DNA of 64,000 bases from Candidatus Latescibacterota bacterium (GTDB lineage: Bacteria; Latescibacterota; CBDEFO01). Numbering within the stretch: the first letter of the stretch is position 1; every line of letters starts with the position of its first letter. A program made the translations under genes and the position numbers. The notes below the pieces were generated by a model, which saw only the letters and a list, made by a program, of their open reading frames with translations, was not told the origin of the DNA and made no database searches. The DNA is taken from assembly GCA_965237525.1 (NCBI GenBank), contig CBDEFO010000008.1, forward strand, positions 1,216,001 to 1,280,000. Direction: 5' to 3'. Shown here piece by piece: positions 53,093-63,076 of this stretch.

Positions 53093-54069
53093 TGGATGCA
53101 GATCGTCTCATGAAGCTTGTAACAAGACTCCTTTCAAAAGATAAGAGTGCGGCAGCGCGCCTTATCAGTTTAGCGGAAAATGGGAATCCCGACTTTATAG
53201 AATGTATGAAGAGTATCTATCCCCATACGGGAAAGGCTTACACGATCGGGATTACGGGACCTCCGGGAGCGGGCAAGAGTACGCTGGTAGATGCTCTTAC
53301 ACAGGAGATCAGGTCCCCGATAGATTCAATTGGGGATGAGGAAGAGACGGTAGGCATAATCACCGTAGATGCGACCAGTCCGTTCAGCGGAGGTGCTCTG
53401 CTTGGAGACAGGATAAGGATGCAGCGGCACTATCTGGATCCGGGCGTTTTCATACGGAGCATGGGCAGCCGTCAGAGCTTCGGAGGACTTTCAAGGGCCA
53501 CAAGAGATGGAATAAGGATCCTGGACGCGATGGGTATGGACTACGTTATAGTGGAGACTGTAGGCGTGGGGCAGCAGGAGTTGGACATCGCTCAAAGCGC
53601 AGATACCGCTGTCCTGGTGTTGGTTCCGGAGTCGGGGGATTCTGTTCAGTTCATGAAAGCAGGCCTTATGGAAATAGGTGACATATTTGTGGTGAACAAA
53701 GCCGATAGAGACGGATCAGGGAAGCTTGCGTCGGAGTTAAAGTTGGCGTTGGAATCGAATCCCAATATGGGAGAATGGATGCCCCCTTTGTGTCTCACAG
53801 AGGCAGTAAATGGAAGCGGAATAGAAAAACTCTATAAGAGTATATGCTCTCACAGATCGCATTTAGAGGACAACGGACTTTTGACGTTGAAGCGGCGAAA
53901 GCAGATGGAGTTTGAAATCGTAAGGATGGTCGAAGACAGGATAAAAGCGCAGATATTACACGGAGCTCAGAATCAAGAAAGACTCCAGAATCTCGTAGAT
54001 CAGACGGCGGAACGGAAAATCGACCCTTACGAAGCTTCAGAGGCCCTTCTAAGAGAATCCTGTCGGTGA
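53092..54069 (+). CDS. meaB: Mutase-associated GTPase MeaB/ArgK
   Basis: GPPGAGKST, LLGDRIRM, ETVGVGQ and NKAD motifs. Confidence 0.93.
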   Translation: MDADRLMKLVTRLLSKDKSAAARLISLAENGNPDFIECMKSIYPHTGKAYTIGITGPPGAGKSTLVDALTQEIRSPIDSIGDEEETVGIITVDATSPFSGGALLGDRIRMQRHYLDPGVFIRSMGSRQSFGGLSRATRDGIRILDAMGMDYVIVETVGVGQQELDIAQSADTAVLVLVPESGDSVQFMKAGLMEIGDIFVVNKADRDGSGKLASELKLALESNPNMGEWMPPLCLTEAVNGSGIEKLYKSICSHRSHLEDNGLLTLKRRKQMEFEIVRMVEDRIKAQILHGAQNQERLQNLVDQTAERKIDPYEASEALLRESCR

Positions 54070-54070
54070 A

Positions 54071-54121
54071 CCTCGATAGAACCCTCCCCGATATAAGCAA
54101 TCGGGGAGGGTTCTATCGAGG
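54071..54121. repeat. Perfect 22-bp inverted repeat after meaB (nested palindromic element, possible terminator)
   Basis: cctcgatagaaccctccccgat-7 nt-atcggggagggttctatcgagg. Confidence 0.85.
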
Positions 54122-54173
54122 ACCAGTTTTGTCAGCAGTTAGAGCAGAATTGTCAAAAAGTGAAATTTGCCCC

Positions 54174-54202
54174 TTGACAACAGGCGCCAAAATCCTTATA
54201 TT
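54174..54202 (+). promoter_or_regulatory. Sigma70-type promoter
   Basis: TTGACA-17 nt-TATATT. Confidence 0.6.
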
Positions 54203-54268
54203 CAAGCGCCTTTTTTGAAATAGCCAATTTCAAAACGATATAATCGTAAAACGGGAGGGATATTCTAT

Positions 54269-55216
54269 ATGGCAAGAAAACACCTGACGTTGATGGTTAT
54301 CCCACAAGGGGGCGTTGATGAACCCAAAAGTTTAAGCATCTCTCATCGGCTCCTGTGGGGGGCAGCCACAATTTTGGGGGCCATGGTTCTATCGCTGTTA
54401 TTCTTTGCTTTCGGATATTTCAACAAGGCAAGTCAAGAGAAGAAAATCGGAAGAGTCACAGTCGAAAACGGCGCTTTGATGAATGAGCTTGAGGATATCG
54501 GAGTAGAACTCAATCTTTTAAAGAAGAAGATGGCGGGACTGGTCAGAGAGGACGAAAAGCTGAGGATTTTAGCAGACCTTCCTTCCATAGATGGCGATAC
54601 AAGGATGATGGGCATCGGAGTTAGGGAGGAGCCAGTACTGGAGGATGCTGATAAGTACAGTCCTCTCCGGCCTATGGCCCGCTATCTTCTAAAGGAAGTC
54701 AAGATAGATTTAGATCAACTTTTAAGAGAAGCTGATCTGGAACATCAAAGCTTTCAGGAGATTGCTGATAAGCTGAATAACGATAAAGATAGGCTGGACT
54801 TTACTCCCTCGATTGATCCCACAGGTCCAGGCTCTTATATCTCCTCAGGATTCGGATTCAGGACAGATCCTTTCAGCGGTATAAGGAACAGGCACACGGG
54901 AATCGATATTGCCGGCAGAAAGGGCACACCTATATATGCCGCGGCAGACGGTTTGGTAAGCGCAACTGGAAGTATGAGATGGTTGGGCTGGTATATAATC
55001 TTAGAACACAAGTACGGATATACCACTATCTACGGTCATCTCGATAAGATACTTGTGAAGAAGGGGCAGGAGATCCAAAGGTGGCAGCAGATCGGAGAGA
55101 TGGGGAGGAGCGGGCGCACTACAGCGTCGCATCTCCACTACGCAGTCAAGCACAACGGAAAATACGAAGACCCTCTGAAGTTCTTCGCCCGGAACTACGC
55201 ATACGACATAGACTGA
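54269..55216 (+). CDS. M23 family metallopeptidase with coiled coil
   Basis: HTGID, YGHL and HLHY motifs. Confidence 0.92.
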   Translation: MARKHLTLMVIPQGGVDEPKSLSISHRLLWGAATILGAMVLSLLFFAFGYFNKASQEKKIGRVTVENGALMNELEDIGVELNLLKKKMAGLVREDEKLRILADLPSIDGDTRMMGIGVREEPVLEDADKYSPLRPMARYLLKEVKIDLDQLLREADLEHQSFQEIADKLNNDKDRLDFTPSIDPTGPGSYISSGFGFRTDPFSGIRNRHTGIDIAGRKGTPIYAAADGLVSATGSMRWLGWYIILEHKYGYTTIYGHLDKILVKKGQEIQRWQQIGEMGRSGRTTASHLHYAVKHNGKYEDPLKFFARNYAYDID

Positions 55217-55384
55217 AATGCGCCAAGAATCTGTGGAAGCAAGGGAACTTCGTGCTTTTCTGCACTCATCTAATTCTCCCTAACAGCGCGCGCACGGCGC
55301 CTCGCCCAGTAGAAAGAGCAGCCCGGAGGCCTTTTTCGGGATTGCCCGCATTTCTAAAGTGAGTAGTATGTAAATGACCAAAGA

Positions 55385-55414
55385 AAAGCCCGTCATTGAT
55401 GTCTGACGGGCTTT
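55385..55414. terminator. Bidirectional terminator-like hairpin
   Basis: aaagcccgtca..tgacgggcttt between convergent genes. Confidence 0.65.
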
Positions 55415-55591
55415 GTATTCAATACTCTGTGAGCTTTTATGAAAATTTGTCGTACGGGCCCGAGCTAAGTCGCACGGAGATTGCTACGTCACCTAACAAC
55501 GCAACGGATGACTTGATAACTAGGACCGCCAACAAAGGCATCCACCTGTAGCGTGTCAGCTTTAGCGAATCTTTGGGCGACGCCATATGTC

Positions 55592-56380
55592 CTAGGAATC
55601 CGATATCACTTTCCGCAAGCCCTCACCGTTCACCTTCCACCATTCGAACAGAATCGATATGTCGGTACCGATACAGAAATGCCGTACTCCCAAGTCTAGG
55701 TAGTACTTGGCCTTATCAACGCTGTCGATCTCAGCGCGCGGCGGCACACCCATCTTAACCGCGGTTTCACAGACCTTCCGCTCGATCGCTTTGATTTCCG
55801 GCGAGCCACCTTGGCCCGACCGACCGACGTTCATCGAATAGTCCGACGGACCCCACTGAATCATGTCAACCCCCTCCACCGACAGAACTTCCTCTATCTG
55901 ATCGACAGTCCCCTGCTTCTCAATCATAATTACCACAACGACATCCCGAAGTGCCTGAACGTACTCAGGTGTTCCCCCGTACCCCATGTAGGAGAAACGG
56001 CGCATCGCAACACCATACGTGCCGCTGTCCTCGGGTGTATCGGGACGAGCAATGCGGACACACTCTTGCACATCTTCGACGGACTGACAATCGGCGAACA
56101 AAACGCTCTGGAAGCCAGAACCGATTGCGCGTTGAGCGATGAAACTGCGGGGTTCCTGGTCAACTTTGATCATGCTGGACATGCCGAACAGCTCAGCCGA
56201 CCTACAAAGATTGTCAAGGGCATACAGGTCAAACGGGGCGTACTCGGCCACAAATTCAACGTAGTCGAACATACCGGTGTGTCCGACGACCTCGATGATG
56301 GACGGCCAGGTGTTGAGGACATGAGTGCCAATAGTTGGTTCGCCAGCAGTCAATAGCTCTCGAAATTTGTTTGGTCTCAT
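55592..56380 (-). CDS. HpcH/HpaI aldolase family
   Basis: VEFVAEY, MIEK and WGPSDYS motifs. Confidence 0.85.
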   Translation of the reverse strand: MRPNKFRELLTAGEPTIGTHVLNTWPSIIEVVGHTGMFDYVEFVAEYAPFDLYALDNLCRSAELFGMSSMIKVDQEPRSFIAQRAIGSGFQSVLFADCQSVEDVQECVRIARPDTPEDSGTYGVAMRRFSYMGYGGTPEYVQALRDVVVVIMIEKQGTVDQIEEVLSVEGVDMIQWGPSDYSMNVGRSGQGGSPEIKAIERKVCETAVKMGVPPRAEIDSVDKAKYYLDLGVRHFCIGTDISILFEWWKVNGEGLRKVISDS

Positions 56381-56833
56381 GATATTAGCTCCTTAATATA
56401 GTTATCATCACTATGAACAACTGCCCCTGGCAATGTTCCCCTTCTTCTCCGATGTAGTCAGGGGATTTTGACATTAATCTTACTTTCATCAATGAATTCC
56501 AGCCAGGGCGCATAAGGATTTGTGTGTTTGCGAAGTCCTGAAGGCACGCAGATAGTCCCCGATCCCCCCCGATAGGTTCAATCGGGGGTAGACTCAATCG
56601 GGGATTCAGTCGGAGATCTAGGGAAGATACAAAAGAAAATGTTGGATGTCAATGGAAATTTCTCAGTCAAACTACACATGTTGACTAAGGTGGGCATTTT
56701 TTGCCTTGACAGACCTTATCGAAAGACCTTACCTTGATCTGAACTACCTCAAAAAAATCTGAAGAATACCGAACCTTTTTCCTTTCTTATTTGACATATA
56801 CTTATGAAGGCATCGTTAGAGAGGGAATAAAAA

Positions 56834-57925
56834 GTGAAGGACGATGTGACCTTGGTCGCGGATGCGCTTGCCAATGGTCCTGAAGCATTTGGACCAATCG
56901 TCGAACGCTACAAAGACGCAGTCTTCGGGGTGGCACTTGCGCGATTGCGCAACTTCCACGATGCAGAGGACATAACCCAGTCGGCGTTTGTCGAGGCATT
57001 TGAACGACTTGATCGCTTGAAAGATCCGTGCCGATTGGGTGCCTGGCTCCGCTCAATCACGATCCATCGGTGCGTCAACTACCTGCGCCAGGGTAATAGA
57101 GTTGTCGATATTGAGACCATAGACGAACCTGCGGACGACAGCGCAGACCCGCAGACTGAGATAGAACGACAGGAGTTACGCGATCGGGTTATGGCCGCTA
57201 TCGGTCGGCTCAGCAAGGTTCAACGTGAGACGACGACACTCTTCTACATCAACGGCTACTCACAAGAAGAGGTAGCCAGAATCCAGGAAGTGCCGATAGG
57301 CACGGTAAAGCGTCGTCTGTACGATGCACGGGCAAAACTGAAAGAGGATATGATAGATATGGTCGAAGATGTATTAAAGGATAGTGCCCCCAATGAGGAT
57401 TTCGCAGCCCGCGTGTTCGAGTTGCTCTGCGCTTATCCCAAAGGCGGGAGAATGTGGCGCACCGACACCCGGGCAGAACTGAAGAAGATCGGCACCTCTG
57501 GTATGGAAGGTTTTATCAAGGCGCTGGATTTCCCCCACTGGCCAACTCGCAGGACGGCAGCCCACTACCTCGGTTGGATGCCACCCAACGAAACCATCGT
57601 AGATCTACTGAAGAAGGGTCTTACCGACAGAAACAGAAGGGTGCGCAGCCAGGCAGTGGACGCTCTACTCATCTGGGCGGATGTCACTGACGAACGAAGG
57701 CGCAAGGAGTTTATCCCTCTGATCGTTCCACTCCTTTTCGACCCCAGCAAAAAGGTGCGCCACTTCGTAGCAGGCAGGTTGTGCTGGAAGGCGGCTGACC
57801 AAGTGCCGTTGGAGACTGTGGCCGAGGCTCTGGTGAACGAGGACGATCCTGCTAATCGCGAGCGGCTGCTATACCTGCTTCAAAAGGTCCTTGAAACGCG
57901 TAGTGACAAAGTAGATCAAGCCTAA
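56834..57925 (+). CDS. ECF sigma factor with C-terminal HEAT-like repeats
   Basis: DAEDITQSAF, GAWLRSI and GTVKRRLYDAR; repeats such as GLTDRNRRVRSQAV. Confidence 0.88.
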   Translation: MKDDVTLVADALANGPEAFGPIVERYKDAVFGVALARLRNFHDAEDITQSAFVEAFERLDRLKDPCRLGAWLRSITIHRCVNYLRQGNRVVDIETIDEPADDSADPQTEIERQELRDRVMAAIGRLSKVQRETTTLFYINGYSQEEVARIQEVPIGTVKRRLYDARAKLKEDMIDMVEDVLKDSAPNEDFAARVFELLCAYPKGGRMWRTDTRAELKKIGTSGMEGFIKALDFPHWPTRRTAAHYLGWMPPNETIVDLLKKGLTDRNRRVRSQAVDALLIWADVTDERRRKEFIPLIVPLLFDPSKKVRHFVAGRLCWKAADQVPLETVAEALVNEDDPANRERLLYLLQKVLETRSDKVDQA

Positions 57926-58147
57926 AAATAGGCGGTAAAAGGCTTCCGGACCCGGTGCAGGCGCGTGTGTGTACGCGCCTGCACCGGGCTGGCAGTTCCC
58001 TCACGATACAGACACACCTGCCGCGTGAGGGCCGCCTGTATAAATCTAATCCCCGCGGAGCAATCTGGCGGGGATTTCTGTGTACGCCGAATAAGAAAAC
58101 AACAGCTTAAAGATTTTTGGAATATAAAGAAAGGATGGAGTAAAGAC

Positions 58148-59506
58148 CTAATCCCCGATCATCATCAACCTTATGTCCATCACATTTGTGCCGGTCGGAC
58201 CGGTTATTATAAGATCATCTAAAGGATCGAAGAAGTCGTAAGAATCGTTGTCTCTGAGGTATTTTGCAGGGGATAATCCTATCTGTTCAGCCCTTTTGAC
58301 TGTGCTTCCATCCGCTATCGCTCCGGCGGCGTCGGTGGGGCCGTCTGTTCCGTCGGTTCCAGCGCTCAGTACTACTATGTTATCCCAGCCCTGAATGTCC
58401 AAGGCGGATGCTAATACAAACTCCTGATTCCTCCCCCCTTTTCCTTTTCCTCTTACTGTAACTGTGGTCTCACCCCCTGTTATGACGCAAGCGGGCGGGG
58501 AGATAGGAACTTTTGAAGATGCAATTTCTACGGCTATAGCCGCGTGCATTTTGGCTATTTCTTTAGTTTCCCCCTCCACCCTTGTGGAAAGGACGAGCGT
58601 GTTGTATCCAAGTTGAGAGGCCACGTCTTTGGCAGCATCCACGGACAGACGATTATTCCCTACAATTAGATTTGTGCAGTTTGAAAAGATTCTGTCGTCC
58701 TTTTGGGGAGTTTCTTCTATGTCTCCGTCAGCTCCGCGCCTGAGCCTCTGGAGCACTTTGAGGGGAACTTGATCTGTCACCTTGTATTTTTCAAGTATCT
58801 CTATACAATCCAAAAATGTGCTCTCATCCGGAGCTGTGGGACCTGATGCTATTACGTCCGTGGGATCTCCGATTACGTCGGAGAGGATAAGAGAAGTGAT
58901 CTTCGCGGGATAGGCGGCTCTTGCCAGCTGTCCGCCTTTGACAGATGACAGGTGTTTTCGTATTGCGTTTAGTTCAAAGATAGTAGCTCCACATTCCAAG
59001 AGGAGCTGTGTGGTCTTTTGTTTTTCTGATAGTGTCAGGCCATCGGCGGGTGCGGGCATAAGAGCTGAACCGCCGCCGGAGATCATGCAAAAGACCAGGG
59101 CTTTGTCGTCCAACTGGCAGAGGAGCTTTAAGAGCTTTCGCGTTCCAGCAACGCCCTCTCGATCGGGGATAGGATGTCCACATTCGACCACCTCTATCCT
59201 GTGAAGATCCGCAGCATGGTGGTACTTGGTGTTTATCACTCCTCCTGTTATGCAGTCGCCCAGTATATCTTCTAAGGCTCGCGCCATCTGAGTCGAGGCT
59301 TTCCCCATTCCGACCACTACGATTCTGGACAGATCACAGATGGAGTATTCAATGCAAAGCGACCGCTGTGGGTCATCCAGCCTTATCCTCTCGCCGTCAA
59401 ATTGAACTACTCTCTTTACGCATTGGACAGGATCTGCAGCCTTTACAGCTGCCTTGAATATCTCATATCCGTCGCGCCTCATCCTCTTAGATGAATAGCT
59501 GGACAC
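58148..59506 (-). CDS. Glycerate 2-kinase (TtuD/MOFRL family)
   Basis: SGGGSAL, GGETTV, GGRNQE and GPTGTNVMD motifs. Confidence 0.93.
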   Translation of the reverse strand: MSSYSSKRMRRDGYEIFKAAVKAADPVQCVKRVVQFDGERIRLDDPQRSLCIEYSICDLSRIVVVGMGKASTQMARALEDILGDCITGGVINTKYHHAADLHRIEVVECGHPIPDREGVAGTRKLLKLLCQLDDKALVFCMISGGGSALMPAPADGLTLSEKQKTTQLLLECGATIFELNAIRKHLSSVKGGQLARAAYPAKITSLILSDVIGDPTDVIASGPTAPDESTFLDCIEILEKYKVTDQVPLKVLQRLRRGADGDIEETPQKDDRIFSNCTNLIVGNNRLSVDAAKDVASQLGYNTLVLSTRVEGETKEIAKMHAAIAVEIASSKVPISPPACVITGGETTVTVRGKGKGGRNQEFVLASALDIQGWDNIVVLSAGTDGTDGPTDAAGAIADGSTVKRAEQIGLSPAKYLRDNDSYDFFDPLDDLIITGPTGTNVMDIRLMMIGD

Positions 59507-59645
59507 ATAAGTCCTCTATAAATAAGTAGAAAGCATACAGGGATGGATAGCCATACCCTGTTTACCCCAGATTGAATACCCGATAGTCCCCGATTTATGC
59601 TATCGGGTATGGCGATCGGGGACTACTGTCTACTCTTTCTTACTC

Positions 59646-61082
59646 TTATACTCTCAGCTCGGCCTTTATGCCCAGAAGTTCACTATTCTCTTCGAGTATG
59701 GGATCTACTTCGTTCTGAACAAACTCTTTAACCTGGGACGGAGCTCTTCCTAAGAAGGATTTAGGATCTGTTATGGATAGAAGCTCCGCCTCCGTGAAGT
59801 TGAAATAGGGGTCTTTCGAGATGCGGTCCAAGAAATCGTTGTCAAGGCCATCCTCTTTAACCCTGCGACCTGCTTCCATAGAGTGTTTTCTTATCCTTTC
59901 GTGAGCCTCCTGTCTATCCCCTCCCCTCTTGACCGTCTCCACTATGATATTCTCAGTAGCCATGAAGGGGAGCTCTTCGCGGATATGTCTCTCTATCATC
60001 TTGGGATAGACAACTAATCCCGTTGTGACGTTCAGAAGCAGAATTAGAATCGCATCTACGGCCAAGAACATCTCTGGGATCGTGATCCTTTTGTTTGCCG
60101 AGTCATCCAGTGTTCTTTCCAGCCATTGCGAGGCCGCTGTGAAATCGGGACTCTGTGAGGTAGTTATGACGTAACGGGAAAGCGCGCACATCCTCTCGCA
60201 TCTCATAGGATTGCGCTTGTACGCCATGACTGACGAGCCCACCTGATCCTTCTCAAAGGGCTCCTCGATCTCTTTTAAGCCCTGAAGGATCCTTATGTCG
60301 TTTCCGAACTTATGGGCACTTTGGGCTATTCCCGACAGCAGACCCGCTATCTGGCTGTCTATTTTCCTTGTATAGGTCTGTCCTGTGATAGGCAGGGAGC
60401 CTTCAAAGCCCATCTTTTGAGCTACCGTAGAATCCAGCTTCTTGACCTTCTCCTCATCTCCATCGAATATCTCAAGGAAGCTGGCCTGCGTGCCTGTAGT
60501 CCCTTTGACTCCTCGGAATTTGAGGACGTCTGTTCTGTACTCGATATCGTGGAAGTCTATCAGGAGGTCGTGAAGCCAGAGTGAAGCTCTCTTTCCGACT
60601 GTGGTCAATTGCGCAGGCTGGAAGTGGGTGAACGAGAGTGTGGGGAGATCTTTGTATGCAAGCGCAAAGTCTCTGAGGGCAGAGATGACGTTGAGAAGTT
60701 TCTTTCTTATTATGAGGAGTCCGTCTCTCATTACAATGAGATCCAGATTGTCAGTTATGAAGGCGCTGGTAGCTCCCAGGTGTATGATAGGCTTTGCCTT
60801 GGGACACTGGAGTCCGTAGGCGTAGATGCGCGCCACAATGTCATGACGGACTTCTTTTTCCTTTCTTATTATCTCCTCGTAGTTGATATCGTCTTTGTGG
60901 AGCTTGAGTTCCGTAATCTGCTCATCCGTTATAGGAAGACCCAATTCCTTCTGGGACTCAGCGAGGGCTATCCAGAGATCCCGTTGAGTCGAAAGGGTCC
61001 TTTTGTGGGAGAAGTTGTATATCATCTCTCCGCTTGCGTACCGTTCGACCAGGGGATTTACGTATTCGTTGAGGTTCGTCAT
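59646..61082 (-). CDS. purB: Adenylosuccinate lyase
   Basis: HLGATS, THFQPAQ and GSSVMAYKRNP motifs. Confidence 0.96.
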   Translation of the reverse strand: MTNLNEYVNPLVERYASGEMIYNFSHKRTLSTQRDLWIALAESQKELGLPITDEQITELKLHKDDINYEEIIRKEKEVRHDIVARIYAYGLQCPKAKPIIHLGATSAFITDNLDLIVMRDGLLIIRKKLLNVISALRDFALAYKDLPTLSFTHFQPAQLTTVGKRASLWLHDLLIDFHDIEYRTDVLKFRGVKGTTGTQASFLEIFDGDEEKVKKLDSTVAQKMGFEGSLPITGQTYTRKIDSQIAGLLSGIAQSAHKFGNDIRILQGLKEIEEPFEKDQVGSSVMAYKRNPMRCERMCALSRYVITTSQSPDFTAASQWLERTLDDSANKRITIPEMFLAVDAILILLLNVTTGLVVYPKMIERHIREELPFMATENIIVETVKRGGDRQEAHERIRKHSMEAGRRVKEDGLDNDFLDRISKDPYFNFTEAELLSITDPKSFLGRAPSQVKEFVQNEVDPILEENSELLGIKAELRV

Positions 61083-61279
61083 TTCTATGTTTCCAAGAGA
61101 AAATGTCCAATCTCTGCTGTCATGACAGGGAGGATGAATGCGAGTTTTGCCACTGTGCCTTACTGCTTGATCTGGGGTGACTTCGATCTGTGCGGACTAT
61201 ACGGTGTTTGAGAATAAAGAAGGACAGCCGGACGCTCACTTTTCTGATCGGTAGACAATGTGTAAATTTTTGTTCTTAT

Positions 61280-61366
61280 TGGTGCCGAAGCCGGGACTCG
61301 AACCCGGATGGAGTTGCCCCCGCTGGTCCCTGAAACCAGTGTGTCTACCAATTTCACCACTTCGGC
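61280..61366 (-). tRNA. tRNA-Leu (anticodon CAG)
   Basis: GCCGAAG acceptor stem, CTGGT-TTCAGGG-ACCAG anticodon arm, long variable arm, GGTTCGAGTCC, encoded CCA. Confidence 0.97.
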
Positions 61367-61462
61367 AGATAGCATAATTCCTATACACAGCAGTCAGTAC
61401 TTCTAATATAGAGAAAGGGGGATTAGAAGGCAACAATTTTTGCTCCAAAAGGACAAAATACT

Positions 61463-61813
61463 TCATAGTATTGCCAGCGCCTTTTCAGCAGGTCTGCCAA
61501 TTGCTGCGCGGTTCCCCTTTACCACGATAGGACGCTCTATAAGAATAGGATTATCCACCATTATCTGGATCGATTCCTGCCTGCTGAGATCTCCGTCATC
61601 TATCTTTAGCTTTCTGTAGACATCTTCCTTTTTGCGCATAAGGTCTTTTGGCTCTATATCTAGCATCTTCAAGATCACATCTAAGGTTTTAGCATCGGGT
61701 GGTGTCTCCAAATAGTGTATGATATGAGGATCTATCCCCCGTTCTTTAAGTAGAGATAGCACTTCTCTGCTCTTACTACATTTAGGATTGTGGTAGATCG
61801 TTACATCGTTCAT
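61463..61813 (-). CDS. arsC: Arsenate reductase (glutaredoxin-dependent ArsC family)
   Basis: YHNPKCSKSR, LIERPIV and IGRP motifs. Confidence 0.88.
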   Translation of the reverse strand: MNDVTIYHNPKCSKSREVLSLLKERGIDPHIIHYLETPPDAKTLDVILKMLDIEPKDLMRKKEDVYRKLKIDDGDLSRQESIQIMVDNPILIERPIVVKGNRAAIGRPAEKALAIL

Positions 61814-62059
61814 TAGTGCCTCTTTTTCTTAGATCTGTTCAGTGTCAAAGCTCATAAACATTATCCTCTATCAATATAATAGATTCTTTACGAAAATGCA
61901 TGGCAAAAGATTAAAAAAAGAAAACCTTGAATTGTCCTTGACAATTTTCTCATACACGATTATTTTTAATATTTAGCCTTACAGTTACATACAAAATTGT
62001 AGATTGCTGGAGGAAAGATCAATTCGGAATATAAGAAGCAAAAGCGGGGTTTAAATCTA

Positions 62060-62479
62060 ATGCATGTCAAGTCAGAAACAGTCGAAAAGAGGTGGTACGT
62101 TGCTGATGCCAGCGGCAAAGTGCTCGGAAGATTTGCCAGCAGAGTGGCAGCTACTCTAAAGGGAAAGCACAAACCTATCTATTCTCCGCATACAGATGTG
62201 GGCGATCACATCATAATCATAAACGCAGAGAAGGTAAGACTCACCGGAAATAAAGCACAAAAGAAAAAGTACTATTGGCATACAGGCTACCCCGGCGGGC
62301 TGAAATCTATTTCTTACGAGAGACTCATCAAGGAGAAGCCCGAGCGGGTCCTGGAGAAAGCGATCAAAGGGATGCTCCCGCACAATGTCCTGGGCAGAAA
62401 TATGTTCAGAAAACTGAGAGTTTATGCTGGACCTGATCATCCTCATAGAGCTCAAAATCCTCAACCTATGGATTTTTAA
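62060..62479 (+). CDS. rplM: 50S ribosomal protein L13
   Basis: [18 protein letters not shown] and KGMLP motifs. Confidence 0.98.
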   Translation: MHVKSETVEKRWYVADASGKVLGRFASRVAATLKGKHKPIYSPHTDVGDHIIIINAEKVRLTGNKAQKKKYYWHTGYPGGLKSISYERLIKEKPERVLEKAIKGMLPHNVLGRNMFRKLRVYAGPDHPHRAQNPQPMDF

Positions 62480-62506
62480 CGAAACGGAGAGGAGGTAGCG
62501 GACTAA

Positions 62507-62899
62507 TTGGCTAAAGACGCATTTTCGGCTACAGGTAGGAGAAAAGAAGCCGTAGCCTCTGTTCGGATACAGGAGGGGAAGGGCAAGATAACTGTCAACG
62601 GCCGCGATATGAACGAGTATTTTGGCCGGGAAACCCTCGTTATGGTTCTGCAGCAACCCCTTAAGCACACCGAAACGACCGACAGATTTGACATCAACAT
62701 AAGAACCAGAGGTGGGGGACTATCGGGTCAGGCCGGAGCCGCCCGCCTAGGGATAGCCCGTGCCCTTATTCAGTACGATGAGAAACTAAGGCCCACCCTA
62801 AAATCCGCCGGATTTCTAACCAGGGATCCCCGTATGGTCGAAAGGAAAAAATACGGGATGGCTGGAGCACGAAAGAGATTCCAGTTTTCCAAGAGATAG
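62507..62899 (+). CDS. rpsI: 30S ribosomal protein S9
   Basis: [15 protein letters not shown] and QFSKR motifs. Confidence 0.98.
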   Translation: MAKDAFSATGRRKEAVASVRIQEGKGKITVNGRDMNEYFGRETLVMVLQQPLKHTETTDRFDINIRTRGGGLSGQAGAARLGIARALIQYDEKLRPTLKSAGFLTRDPRMVERKKYGMAGARKRFQFSKR

Positions 62900-62910
62900 A
62901 TTTTCTAATA

Positions 62911-63060
62911 CTACACACGTCTTTTGACCGTTGTGAGGGTGCTCAAAGTTGATAACGTCAGGCAGGAATGTCTCACCCACCGGTTGGTTCGAGACACATT
63001 TCTGTCTGTCCAAGGACTTGCGAGTCTCACAAAGGGATGAAAAAGGCGGAGGTACAACCG
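62911..63060 (+). ncRNA. rpsB 5' leader (S2 leader/t44-like)
   Basis: ACACAC..GGGTGC..GGAGG elements directly upstream of rpsB. Confidence 0.6.
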
Positions 63061-63076
63061 ACGCAGAGGAAGGAAT

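Noticed and set aside
55270..55560. attC-like fragments (ccctaac, acctaac) after the M23 gene
   Set aside because: No matching GTTRRRY partner or cassette ORF.
61280..61366. tRNA-Leu as an integration site for an island
   Set aside because: No integrase nearby, and I saw no duplicated tRNA 3' end in the window.
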